Source of the DNA: Ophelia neglecta
Taxonomy: Eukaryota
DNA length: 64,000 nucleotides
Reading direction: 5' to 3'
Assembly (NCBI GenBank): GCA_965285935.1
Contig: OZ260664.1
Span: forward strand, 81,902,001-81,966,000
Part shown: positions 33,854 to 47,275 of the stretch, in pieces
How the letters are laid out: the number at the start of each line of letters is the position of its first letter
Position numbering within the stretch: the stretch's first letter is position 1
Position numbers and translations under genes: made by a program
The notes under the pieces: model-generated
Seen by the model: the letters and a program-made list of their open reading frames with translations, nothing else
Told to the model about the DNA's origin: nothing
Database searches by the model: none

Positions 33854-36800
33854 ATATATATATATATAGATCTATATACTTTAGTTCCTTCATAATAAGT
33901 GACTGAATTGTCAATGAATATTGAAACTGAAGGTGTTAATAAAGTAATGCTACTTACTAATATTAATGAACCATAATGATGTGCAGGGTCTCCAAATATT
34001 CATTTGAATAGCAATTGCATAAAACAACTTGGGGGAGTGTACAATAAATTCATTCACATGAACATAGTTGTTGTCTCAGGTACACATAGAGTGCCCCTTC
34101 CCTTAAACAGTTTGCTAAAAATTTACTAATCACATTTGAGTTTAGAGCAAGCTCAACCTCAATTCAACGTTTTCAAGTTCTAACCAAAAGTATTTTCTTG
34201 GTACTTCATACTTGGGGAAGTAACACTGGTAATGGATTCCTATTTTGGCTGAACAGCTATGACTTAACACACACAGCCGTTCAAAGAATGATAATCTGGC
34301 TATAGAAACCATTGACTTGGCCGAGAACAAACCGAGTGGTGTAAGAGCTATTTCTGATGACACTCTAGGAAGAAATGATCAGGATAACATGTAAACATCA
34401 CACTCTTCCTCTATCAAGGAAATCATAGACACTGCATTGTGGGATATTAAACCAGTTGGAGAATTAAGATGGAGATATTAACTGGGTCAAATTGAGATAT
34501 ATATAGCGAAAATGATATTAATCTTGCTGAGTAACTGGCGAATTGTTGTGTTATAATGCATATGTGCATGCTGTGAATGGGGTTTAATCTTTGTATAATA
34601 TTTAGAGGCACTTAGCAAATATTATGAGGATACTTATCATGAATTAAGGTCAACACTTTGCCCCCCCCCCCACTCTATCTGTACCCCCCACCCAACAACC
34701 TCCTCCCCCCCCCCTGTTTCCCCCTTATCCCTCACTGACTAAGCTCATATGGATCCAACATCAAAACCATAGAATGAATAAAATATCTATGTATTGTAAG
34801 TAGTGCTGGTAGTTCAGTGCACAGTCACTTTATCAGTCAGCAAGTAACGGTAGTTTTTTTGTGGGGCACATTTATATAAACAAATGTTTTATATGTTTAC
34901 TGAGTAGACTAATTTTAATTTGGACATTTTGTAAATGTACTCTGTATAGTATTTTATTAAATGTTGTGCAGTCGCCATAAGAAGTGTGACGCCATAAGAA
35001 GTGTGACGTCACCATGTGATATAAAAATGATTAGACTTTTTAAATGTGTTAATGTTTTAATAATATATTTAAGTTGCTCATATACTATGTATATTTCGTG
35101 AACATAAGTTGGAACATCTGCTACATGGTTTGACACATCCTGAGTATAAAAATTCTATTCAGTCCCTTCCTTGAGGAATGGCAACAATTGCCTGTCAACC
35201 TCTACTATGAGGCTAGCTATTTGTAGGTATTGCTCAACTACGCCAATCAATCATGTTTCCTTTAATTCACTATTTTCAATATAAAAGGGTCTTTGAAACC
35301 AATGCCTTAATTTCATTTTTTGAAGGTGGTAAGAGCTCATATGTGGATAATAATTTTAATTGAACAGCTCTAATAATCATTTCCTGAGAATGTACTTATT
35401 TGCTCACACAATGACAATGTATATATAATTTGTTGATTAACAATTTGCTCATTTACTTTATGATATCTAAGATATATAGCAGTTACATCTACTATTTAAA
35501 ATCAGCCTTATTACAGGTTAGATAATTTATTACTGCTCAGTAGGATTTAAAATTAGTATCTTAATTTGTTGTTTATATAATAGGAAAGGAGTGTATTATT
35601 TCAAACCATCCATTTCTGTTCATGTAGAAGTTGTGTCATCTATAAAATAACACTACTGTAAAGGGAAAGTGCATACAATACCAACTTCAAGTTTTACTGG
35701 TTAATTCAAAGCAGTTGAATAATTCAGGCTTCATATTCAAATTGTAATATTAAATTGCCATAAATTAAATGGGTAAAACATTTTGCCATAGACCATCATT
35801 TTAATGTTATAATGATTGATATAAATCTAAGACCATTTGAACATGTCTCCTCCTTAATAGACCTACCTGGTAAGTATTACAGCTTTTTGCTTGGATGTAA
35901 TGGTTGTGAGTTTAATGAGCAGCCCATTCAGGTTTTTTACCAACCATAACAATTGGACCTAAGAGGGTCGACATTGACAGGGATCTGATCCAAATAAATT
36001 GTAAAGAGGTACATGTTTTGTAAATGTGTTTTCTTTTGATTATAAGACGGCAATTTTAATGAAAGACTAAGTTGATATTTTTGTCATATGAAGACATAGA
36101 TTTGCTTTTTAATTAGGCAGAAACACACAAGAGAATAATCTTCTGCCCTTACATATTATTGCACTTAACATGCTGTGAATGTAAACATTGGGGCCTCAAG
36201 GGGGCAAATGGGTGTGTAAAAATCGACTTTGACAATAAAAGTTAAAGAAATTGAGTAGTTATTAATTTTGAGATAATAAGCATATCCTATAATGTACATG
36301 TATATATACATGTACATATTTAAAAAAAATTGGCTGCCATATTATTTAGAAAACAGACCATTAGTTACCACCAATGTGAGAGGAAACGGTATATAAAGGC
36401 TGTCCCCTTAAGGACTTGGTATCAAGTGGGTATCAATATGGTTCAGTTATAGTCAATAATTGCCCTTTACCCTTTTTTAGAAAGTGAAAAAGTGACAGCC
36501 TCTTTTGGCTGATGCTTGACAATCATATAGGGCCACATTAGCTACATGTATAATCCAAACATATAATTATATTGGCCTGGGAAATTTGTTTGAGAAAAGT
36601 GTGCAGTTTCTAAACAGTTGTCAGATGGAGCTGTCAGCCATTGAATAAAATTATAAATAGCCTATTTAAACTGTGTGCCATACTTTCTTAAGGTTATATT
36701 TCATTTTGGACATGTACATCCTTTCATTGAATTCTTCAAATGGTACTTTGATCGTTATGGTGAAGTTCTTTCTCAATGTGTATGCCCTTAACACTGTGTG

Positions 36801-37247
36801 GTATGTAATTTAGAGAAGCTATCAGCCCTCCCACAAACCTTGAATGTATATGTCATGTAATGTGTTTTGTCATCAGTATTTGATGTGTTTGTTTTTGATT
36901 TTGACATACTGCTGATATTTCACTGTGGAGGTAAAAGAAAATATGTTTCAAACTGTGTTTCATTGTGATATTGTTAATTTTTGCTCATTGCTCATTGCTG
37001 TGTCATTGATAGTTTATCTGTAATGTATCATGTCAGGATAATCGTGACTGTGAAGCAAATAAATGTCTTGGTACAAAAGCATTCGTCATTTGTTACTTTT
37101 TGCACCTCCCCAGTTTAAACTGTACCATAAGCCTGTGAGTAAGGAGATGTCAATATTGGTAGTTGTACATTTCAAAGCCAATATGCATTTGAGGTAAGAC
37201 CAGCTTGGAAAACCCAACTTTTTTCCCACACTCACTATATACATCTA

Positions 37248-37377
37248 CAGTGAAACCTGTCTTTATGGTCACCTGTGTAATAAGGTCATCTGTCCACTAA
37301 GGCCACTAAATGATAGCCCAATCTCCATTGTACATTTTTCCGGTCGCTTACCTGACCTGATTAGACAGGTTTCACAA
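37248..37377. mobile_element. TA-type MITE (CAGTGAAACCTGTC...GACAGGTTTCAC)
   Basis: Inverted termini gtgaaacctgtc / gacaggtttcac; related copies at ~492-652 and partially ~18590-18708. Confidence 0.7.
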
Positions 37378-40300
37378 TATATATATATAGATTAGATAGA
37401 TAGATAGATACTCATATACTTATATATAGCAAGGGCAAAGATTCACATTTTTTCATGGATGTAAGGACTTTGTTTACCTCGAGTTAAGGGAGAAGGAACT
37501 TAAAAATGACTCTAGAATTATGTTGTGATACATTTCATACAAACTTGTGAAGCTCTGTTTAAAATGATGCCAACACTGCATTCTCTCAAGTCGTTCTTAC
37601 CTCAGAATAAACTCCAAAGATGATAAGCTAGTTTTTGTTAGCGTATTTCTCAAGTAAGTAGTCAGATGCAACAAGCATTTGTAAAAAGTGATAAGGAACT
37701 TTTTTGTATGACCTATGAAGAGGGCTTGTACTTTTGAATTATATAACCTTACTTTCATGGTTTTGAAGAACCACCCAGTTGGTGAAAAATGTGAGGCAAG
37801 CAAATTTTCCCCTATAGGCCTGCCCCCTGCTGCTTCATGCAGGCATATCAGAGGAAAAAATGAAGTGAGCTCATATAATTATTCAAACAGGTGTCTGCAA
37901 AGTGATACATTATATGAAGTAGATATAAAACAATGCCCATTAGTCCTTATGTATATGAACAGTATGCTGACAATTGACAAATACTTAATGTCACACTATT
38001 CCTTATAGTAGGATAACTATAGCTAGTCTCCTTTTTAATCACCATCTATCATACAGGATCGGTACTCCTCATCACACTGTCTTCTATATTATCAGATATT
38101 TCCATATTTTCTACACTAGCATATACACTAAAGTTACACTTTTAACGCATTCATGTCAATGACCTGTTTCTAGACTTGAAGGAGCAGCCACGTGATAAGT
38201 CTGTGATCTTATGACTGGTTCATCAGGCACATAGGGAGTGGTTGACAATCCAGAGGGGTCATGACTTATAGTTGACCTTATAAACCTCCTGAGCTAATAA
38301 TAGTGCCCGGTTTTGTAGTGCAAAAGTAGAACGGGTACCCAACAGAGAAAGGAAATAAAGCAAGAATGTTCCATTAAATCGGCCCGAGATCGTCCGCCCA
38401 CACACATTAATACCCAGTTCCCCTACTGTCAAAAAGCTAGTGATGAAATTAAGAAGAACAAACCTTAATAAGACTTGCATTTCTTTTCAACTATTTGGCC
38501 AGAACACATGAATAATGATTTTGCGCTCACCGTAGGACGAAGATGAAATATGCTCTAGGCTTTTGTAAGCACTAAAAAGACTATTTAAAGTTCTGCCATA
38601 CTGCAAAGACCAATAAGATTAAAGAAGGTTATAAAATATCAATGCATTCTAACAAGGAAAAGAGTTATACAGCCCCGATAGTGCAATATATTTTCAATTT
38701 TAAAAAGCAACCATTTTAGTGAATGCACACGTACAACTGCAATGTACGATTTTTAATCAGTGTGAAGCACATGTGTTGTGCCTCGGATAGATCAGAATAG
38801 ACGACTTCATTGTCATTCCATTCTTTAAAGGTGAAAATCAAGACTTTAAAAAAAACCGTAACCTAAAACAGATTACGCAGTCATTCCAGTCATTTACTGC
38901 GAACTTCAAGGCGCTAAAACAAAAGAAACCAGAACCCAAACGGGAATAGTCTGATAGAAAATAATGATTATATATTGACTCTCATCGAAGGATAGATAGA
39001 TATATGTACCAGTTCAATAGATGGATGGATGATGGATAAAAACTGGTGACTATTTCTTATTGCGGTACTGTTATGGACTGTTTTATTTTGTAACATGTTT
39101 ATTACTGTTGGGAGGATGGAAAAGATTTATTGATGTGTGTGGTGCTGTGGCTGCAGCTTCCTGGTGATTTTGGACCGCTTTAGTGACCTTTTCTTGACCA
39201 ATGGTTTGGCTGTGTCTGCCGGGTATCCTCTTCCAATTTATCAGTATGATGAAATAGTTGATGGGATTCTACAAGTCCTCAAAAAGTGTGTTTTATTATA
39301 AAACCGCACTAAGTTTCTTCATACATCAACTCTATAAAAAGTAAAAGGTATTATCATGGGTTACTAATCAGTCATTTTGCCTGGTGTCTCTTCTTCATGT
39401 CTTGGCCAACACACACCTTTTTGGGATTCAAACCCGCGCAAGAACGACATCAGAGATTCGCGCTATAGAAAAAAGATATACATATATATATATATATATA
39501 CACTGAGTTCTAGCTACCCTGCTAAGCTAGCATGGATATACCCTACTCTTTTTTTCTATGTCCCAACTTAGTTTTCATATTCATCTTCAATTTCCTGATT
39601 ATATGGTGTAAGTACGTGCTGGCTTGTGTTCGTAGAATCCGGGGAATCCCCCGGTAACGTAGAAATAGGGGGAATATTCAATGGTTTTCACCCTTCTGTT
39701 AGTAATGATGACTATTGTAGTTCTCACCATGCCCATATCTACGAATATAGCAGATTTGCCGGGTATTAAATCCGACTGGACTGCGCTTAAAGTTCATGTC
39801 GGTTATAAGATCATGTTTTTCAATTTTGAAATAATTTTCATTTTATGTTGAATGACATGAATTTGCTTAAGGAAGGAGCTGGACGTTATTAAAACTGTTT
39901 TTTTTTTTTGGGGGGGGGGGATTAGACTTCATATATAGATATTAGTATAAGAGGCAGAATGATTAAAGTACAAGATCCAAAAGTGAGGCTGATAAATCCG
40001 TCGAAGAACATTCAACAATATTTTTTAGTAATGTTTCCGTTCCAAACGCTTTTAGCCAGACTGGATGCATTCTTGTCATGTTGTTTTTGGGTAGGCCTAC
40101 TAGGCACATCGTTAAGTTGATCGAAGTCTGGGCGAAACTCTTTCTTCAACGAGGACAGTACTTAGGGAATTTTCAGGTAACACTTATTATACAAAGGAGC
40201 GATGGTAAGCTCAATTGACCAGGTCAAAAGCGTAGAATTTATGACAGACTAGCCTCGGAACATTTTGGCCAAACATCTAGTTGGCCTATGACAACCTTGG

Positions 40301-40891
40301 AAACTAATGCTGTGTCATAATTTAGGTAAAAGTACAAAACATAAATTGTTTTGTTCCATGATATAAAAGTTACCTGCTGTGAAGAAATATAATTGATGAT
40401 TTGAATATGTAAATACACACTCTAATGAAGATTTTTGTCCTAAGGTGGGCTATTTTCTAGGGTAAAAATATCATAACCAGGCTGCTTGGCTCACAAAGAA
40501 CCGTTTTAGTCAGGCACATATCATGGGTAACGCCCTTGCCAAGGAATGTATTTTAGATATCTTATTTAATATATGCATTAATGTCGTTTTTGTTCATATG
40601 TCACACTTAAATCAATTAAAAACTTTTTATTAATATATCTGTAAATAACAATATAGGCCTACCAAAAAACGCCTCTAAATACCAAACTTAATACCCTGTC
40701 GCCAATTGTACCCAAACTCACGACAAACTCCCATGCTAACCCTTAACCAAGACTACATGATATTGACCTAGAGGAAGCTAAAACGTCTTATGTATTGCAT
40801 CCGCACGGACCAGCCACCGGTAGGACCCTCACTAATTAAAGCTACATTAACGTATATTAAAGATGTACGTGTCTGTCATTATGATCACTCG

Positions 40892-40953
40892 ATCATACAA
40901 TCAATCATACAATCAATCATACAATCAATCACACAATCAATCACACAATCATT
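40892..40953. repeat. 12-bp tandem repeat (ATCAYACAATCA) running into an assembly gap
   Basis: About 5 copies immediately before the N run. Confidence 0.85.
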
Positions 40954-41089
40954 NNNNNNNNNNNNNNNNNNNNNNNNNNNNNNNNNNNNNNNNNNNNNNN
41001 NNNNNNNNNNNNNNNNNNNNNNNNNNNNNNNNNNNNNNNNNNNNNNNNNNNNNNNNNNNNNNNNNNNNNNNNNNNNNNNNNNNNNNNNN
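40954..41089. other. Assembly gap (136 N)
   Basis: Run of N. Confidence 1.
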
Positions 41090-44000
41090 TGCGACTCTCA
41101 TTGTGTATCCATATAGGCCTATAATAATTTTCACCAGTGCATCACAAGTCACCGTATACAAATCAAGAGATTAAATAGCTTGAGGTTAAAATACAGAAAC
41201 TGCTAAAGCACTTGGTAATTGAAAATTAAGGCCATAGCAAACATTTCTCTAAGAAATATCAATTATGTTGTAAACCCCTTTTTTGAAATATTCAATGATG
41301 CAACTCTTCTCACTGCATAAAGCCATACAGATACTATAGTGTATTATAGTTAACTGCAGTAAAGAAAAAGATTTACTTGAATACTGTCTTCTAAAGTTTA
41401 AGTAAAAACGTACAAAAATTGTAACGTTGAATCAAATATTGAGGACCACAATTAGCATGGATAATTTCAATTTATTTAGAAAGAAACCTAGCATGTTATG
41501 TATGTCAACATATATTTCAAAAGGCCATATTGAGCATTATAATGGTAATTATCACAACCAACTTCCCAAAGTTCGTAAAGAATAGGGTATATTAGGAAGT
41601 TTGTATACGCTATCACATTAAAATAACTATCGTTATCAAATATACCTGCACAGCTATAATGTAGTGTGTACTGAATAAACTGCAATATACACTGAAGAGG
41701 GTTACCACTTCAACACCAGCGTTAAATTACTAGAATGTATCACTAGACAGATTACTACGATCTTAACTATTGTAATGACAAATAAAACAATTTGTTTTAC
41801 TATAGTGTATACTACAGTGAATACTATAAAATAAATATGTAGTACTTTTTAACTATAATACTTTTTTCTTCATAACGGAAGACACTTTATATCAGTGGAA
41901 ATATAACTAATACAATTATTGTAAAAATGATACAGACGACAGATTTTCCCAAATGCAAAAGCTTTTTTACTGCAAAATGCACCCAGTGTACCGCAATCTC
42001 GCATAGCCTATCACAACCACAGATGTTTCAGCAACAACCGGTAAAGATTTCAGGCACATCCGTTCGTAGACGAACCTGGAACTCCATGTTGCACTGCGGC
42101 ATTATTATATAGATATACCTCAAGTAATGTTCACTACAGTAGGTGCCCAATTAATGACGTGTGAAGTAAGCTATAGTTTGAATACTATACTTTTACTGTA
42201 GATTTCTAGACGTAGTTTGGAAGTTTACAAACATTAAAATGATAATAATCTGCATGTCAGCATCAGGAATATCTAGTTTTTCCAACAGCAGCTGCATATG
42301 TCATGAACTGAATTGCATGTGTTAATTTGGTAGGCAGTGTTGACAATTCATATCTTTATAGAAAACTGAAACCACAAAAGTAAAGAAGATGAAAATAAGC
42401 ATTCTACAGTCCTTACTAATGATAACATTTTAAGACGGAGGCAACTTTTTTATTTCACTTCAAAGTTAAATTTTAGATTTTAACATTTTCCATTGACTTG
42501 AGTCATAATGATTCACAGAAAGTTACCCAGATAGTCGTCTATAGATACTAATCTTAACTTTGACCTAAATGCTAAAAGTGACAATCGCCTTATTTGGTGA
42601 CATTTATGCTTGAAATGTGTGAAGAGGTCAAATATCATCGACCATAGATATTGTGATTCGATGGAAGTCGCACAGTTAGTCAGCTGCCAATTCAAAGTTT
42701 ACCATCTCCTTAAATTTGAATGAGGCTTTTAATTGGTGTCAGTTAAGCCTGAAATATGATTATAAGGTCATTTACCATCGACATGAGTCTTATGAGTCCC
42801 AGCATGTCGCCCAGTTGGCCGCCTGCGAATTCAAATATTAAGCTTGACTCTAAAATTGAAGGTAACATTTGCCTTAAATTGTATGAATTAAGCAGTACAG
42901 ATGTTTAGGGGGTTATTTTAAAATGATATCAGTCATTGTCAGACACAGAATGCAGCACAGTTGGCCAGAAGCTTTAACCTAAAATTTGAAAGAGACCATA
43001 TTCGCCCCTAAAGTGTGTCAATTAGGCTTGTAGAGTGTTCATTTGTCCATCTTCGTAATTTTATTCTTGTAATTTAAGATTACGTGAGAAATTGCGTTGA
43101 CTACTGGGTATTTGCAGCCAGCTTCACGTCCATGTCTGATACGATGAACTAAGAACTAGTTCAAAATAACGTTTCATGCAAATGTTTATAGGGGTGGATA
43201 CACAGCTATTGCCTGTAATATACCGCCACAAATACTATGACAAGTGTGAATGAAACGAAAAACAAATGACATGACGAGTGAAAGCCGAAAATGTATATGT
43301 ATGACAATAAAGACTTCTTGAGAAACAAATGAAATGATTGTTTTATACTTGCAATGTATGCCCATCAGTGACATTACACGCATATCATACTATTTCCCTA
43401 ACGCACTGGTGATTATTACAGTGAAATTGACTGCATTAGGTATACAATCCATTGCCAAAGCGTTACTAAAGTTCGCAAATGGGGTCCGATCTTGATAACC
43501 TGGCGAAATGCCTAGTTCTTATTTCCTAAATACAGTACCACATTAACACATGCAATTCAGCTCATGACATATGCAGCAGCTGTTGGAAAATGTATATATT
43601 TCTCATGTTGACATGCAGATTAGCATCACTTTAATGTTTGTGAACTTCCAAACTACGGCTAAAAATCTACAGCCAGATTCATGTTTTAGTGGAAAAATTA
43701 ATTGGCAACTGGCAGCCAACTGTACGCTCGTGTATCTGGCTTGCTCTGCTGCCCTTTTAGACAGATAGACAGTTTACTCTCATGACAAGATGTAAACAAA
43801 CCATTGTACTGATTAAAACGTAACTTAGCTAGATTCATTCCTGGTGGGGATACAAGTTATTCAGGACATCCAGTCTACCAGACTGAGAATAATGTAATAT
43901 TATTATTATTATACAGAGATGTCGGCGCTGCATTACCTCAATTTAGTAAGTTGCAATTAAATACGTATTTTGCTGATTTCGTTAAAATATACATCTTGTT

Positions 44001-44749
44001 TTAGCACTACATGTTTAGTTGCCATGAGAAATGTCAGCCGTATAGAAAATTTCACCTAAGACCAAGGCACATGGGAAAGAGCACGGACTCTGCCAGGGTA
44101 TATGGCGAAGCTGCTAACCCCAACTACAATGTACTAACCAATTACCAGGTTCAGTCCTCTAGCTTCTGATCAAACACAATGGGAACTTCACAGTGTAGTT
44201 ACCAGGATATGGACCGCTTTCATATTAAAAGGCTGCTTTGTAGATTTGGAATGCAATTAAAACGGTTTAGCTGGAACATGGCGGTAATGATTGGAATATT
44301 ATTGTGGCCGTGATGTTTCTTAGGAGAAGGACTGGTAGGTGGCGGTCACACTCCTTGTCTACAAATGCTAGAGGTCATTTTATGAAAATAAAAAAGCGCC
44401 CACTTTATGAATGGCAGCGCCATTCTAGCGTAGTTTAAAAACATACATTCAAGGCTGTGTCAAGTTTGTGAGCATTGGTTCCATTCAACTACATGTATTA
44501 TATTTGTTGACACAAAGGGATAAATGCCACCATGGGCGATCATCACGGGTTTGCCACCTGTTAACTTGAAAGGTGGAAGGCGCATCAACAGTTGGAAGGC
44601 TATATGTTCCACGTTAAATATAGGCGATAGACTTGTATCTATGGACGAATTGGCGCGTACAAAATGCATTTATTCACTCCTGTGCTTTCAACTTCAAAGA
44701 ATTTCTTATGTACCCCATATTCAAGGGATTGAAATTAAGGTGCTGAAAC

Positions 44750-45135
44750 TATATAAGTATGCATTGCTAGTGTCTCAGTCCTCCTTACGCGTGCGTTTAC
44801 AGGGGTAACGGACTTGTGAATTTATCGGGAAGGCAGACGAGACAGCTGACTAGCAGACGACAGTTCTCGTCAATATATGTTAACCTATGTTTACAATGAC
44901 AAAGAGGAAGGAGTCCTAAAACCATGGCAAACAGGATCCTTGCGATTGTTCGTACACAAAAATCATTAACACGGATTTAATTTGGAATATTATACCGGGT
45001 TATTGAGGATTTGTTTGGCATTCTCTCCAAGCTTTTATTCATGTGGATTATTCTTCGACGAAGTTTATGGAAGGATTGCTTTGACAGAAAGCGTTGAAGA
45101 ACCTACTAATCTTACATATTCCCTATACGGTAAGT
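44750..45135 (+). promoter_or_regulatory. Candidate TATA + Inr core promoter and non-coding first exon of an unidentified gene
   Basis: TATATAAG at 44750; TCAGTC at 44775 (A is 27 nt downstream of the TATA start); strong donor ACG|gtaagt at 45130; every ATG-initiated ORF in between closes before the donor. Confidence 0.45.
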
Positions 45136-47243
45136 GAGTGTGAATTTCATTATTGTCGGTGATAATACTTACTCGCATTGTTTCACGTTCATTACATTTT
45201 AAACGTGGTCTGTAAACCGGATGTTCCTATGGAAAGCTGTTATATATATTATATGCATTCCATTAGAAACCGATAAATACATCGGGCTTCCCGATCTTTT
45301 AAATGTCACGAAGACATATACACTGGGATATCCATACCATGTATGTTTCCGTATAAGTATAATTTAGATATTAACCTAGTGTGTTAGTGCCAGTTTGGGA
45401 GTTAACATATACATTTGTACATATTGGGTCTAGCAGAGTCGAGGATAGTAGGCCGTATGTTGACAAACATGACTGAGTCCAAATGTATATGTATCTATAA
45501 CTTTGATTCGCGCTACTGGATGCCTTTCAACGTTAAAATTGCCAGCTATTGAAAATGAAAATAATTTGAAAGTTTCTCTTTAGGGTGCTTGAAATCTGCC
45601 CTCAAGCATGTCCTCAAATTGACTTGTACATCCCTCAACTCTTTTTCTCGAAAAGCAGCTGGCCAGATGTTTATAGATGATAGTTCACCTTTCCAGCGAA
45701 ACCTTTACCCAATTTGTGTTAGACATGTAAATCAAAAGCTTAAGTACACAAATTACACATAGAAATGGCATGACCTGTAAATAGGCTAAAGGTCTCAATC
45801 AATGTTATGTTGTAATGTAATGATGAAGCTCGAAAATAGCACCTTGATGATGTTTTCCAATTCATTGGTGCGTTAATAAAGACATCATAAGCTGATGTTA
45901 ATACTTTAGTGTTTTTATGGCATCTTAAAAAAGATACTTGTTAAACTGATTCTAACAGATAAAAAGGGGATATTTTTGTAAATTGAACAACCATGATATG
46001 CAATACAGAGCTTTTAATTTAGGGAATAACAGAAATGGAGCAAATTATGGAATTTAATACTGGGCTGTTAGAACCAATACTGAGAATAACAAGTTTCATG
46101 TTCAGTGTTAAGATAAAAATTAAAATTGGGCAACAGCCCTTTATAGATGTCAAAAGGGAGGATAGGTACATGCTTTACATTTCTAACATCAATTGTAATA
46201 TGACGTTTATACCCATTACTAATGATACCGGGGACCATCCCCAGATACTTTCAATTACTTGCACTCCGCGACTTAATTATACATGTACTCACAGTCTGCC
46301 ATGCATATAGTCTAATGAACTTAGTAGGGACTACTGCTTGATGTTATATAGGTACATTCCAACATTATGCACTTAACTTTTTTGTGTTTTACTGGTGTGT
46401 ACATTAACTATAGATACTCGATCGGGTTGCGCATGTTGTGTCAAGTGATAATAGCCACGCAATTACCCCGTAGGCAGATATATATTTAGACCAAGACAAA
46501 TGAAAGCATATTTATGAGTGCATTTTATTGTATAATTTACCTACCTTAAGGTTCCAGCTTTGTAAACATAGCTATTCTGGTTCTCAAAAACTTCATGTGT
46601 ACTGCATATCCATTATAATTATACACAAACATTACCATACTTTAACTTTGAGCGAAATGTACTATATTCATTCATTAATATGTTTATTAAGCATAGCCCT
46701 GACAGTTGAATAGATTGTGTAGTATGTTGACTGCTGATACCTGCTCTAAGAAACGTATGGACAATACCATACATCGTTTAATTCCTGGGGAAATGAGGTT
46801 AATTCAATGCTGACAATATGGGGGTTTTTGCCCAAAGTGTATTAGTAAGTAGTTCAACGAATCATTTAATTCCGCAGGAAAGGAGCTTTAATCGGCGCAC
46901 GTATAGGGCGAAGTTTAACGCTACATGCTGTGTGGATTTAAATGTTGCATTATATTATCCGACCTGACCCAGTACTTTGGTCCTCAATATTAAAGGCCAG
47001 GCTTGTAGATATTTCTGACATCTTCCGAATGCAATAGAACAAAATAAACCCCCTTATAAATCCGATCAGTTAGGCTGGATAGGAAGGGTCACCGTCTGAG
47101 AGACCCGACTTATATCGCCGTCATTGAGTTTCACACCGGAGTTATTTATTATAGGCTTTGCTGTAGTGATATTGAATCACAAAGGGTTCTTCTCCTTTTT
47201 CTCAGTGCCTTGAGATAAAACGAAACATCCGATTGCCTATACA

Positions 47244-47275
<32 letters not shown>

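Noticed and set aside
39100-39330. Possible LINE 3'-end fragment on the minus strand
   Set aside because: Only a vague motif resemblance, insufficient without a profile search.
40790-41174. ORFs spanning 40790-41174
   Set aside because: Artefacts of a simple repeat plus the N gap.
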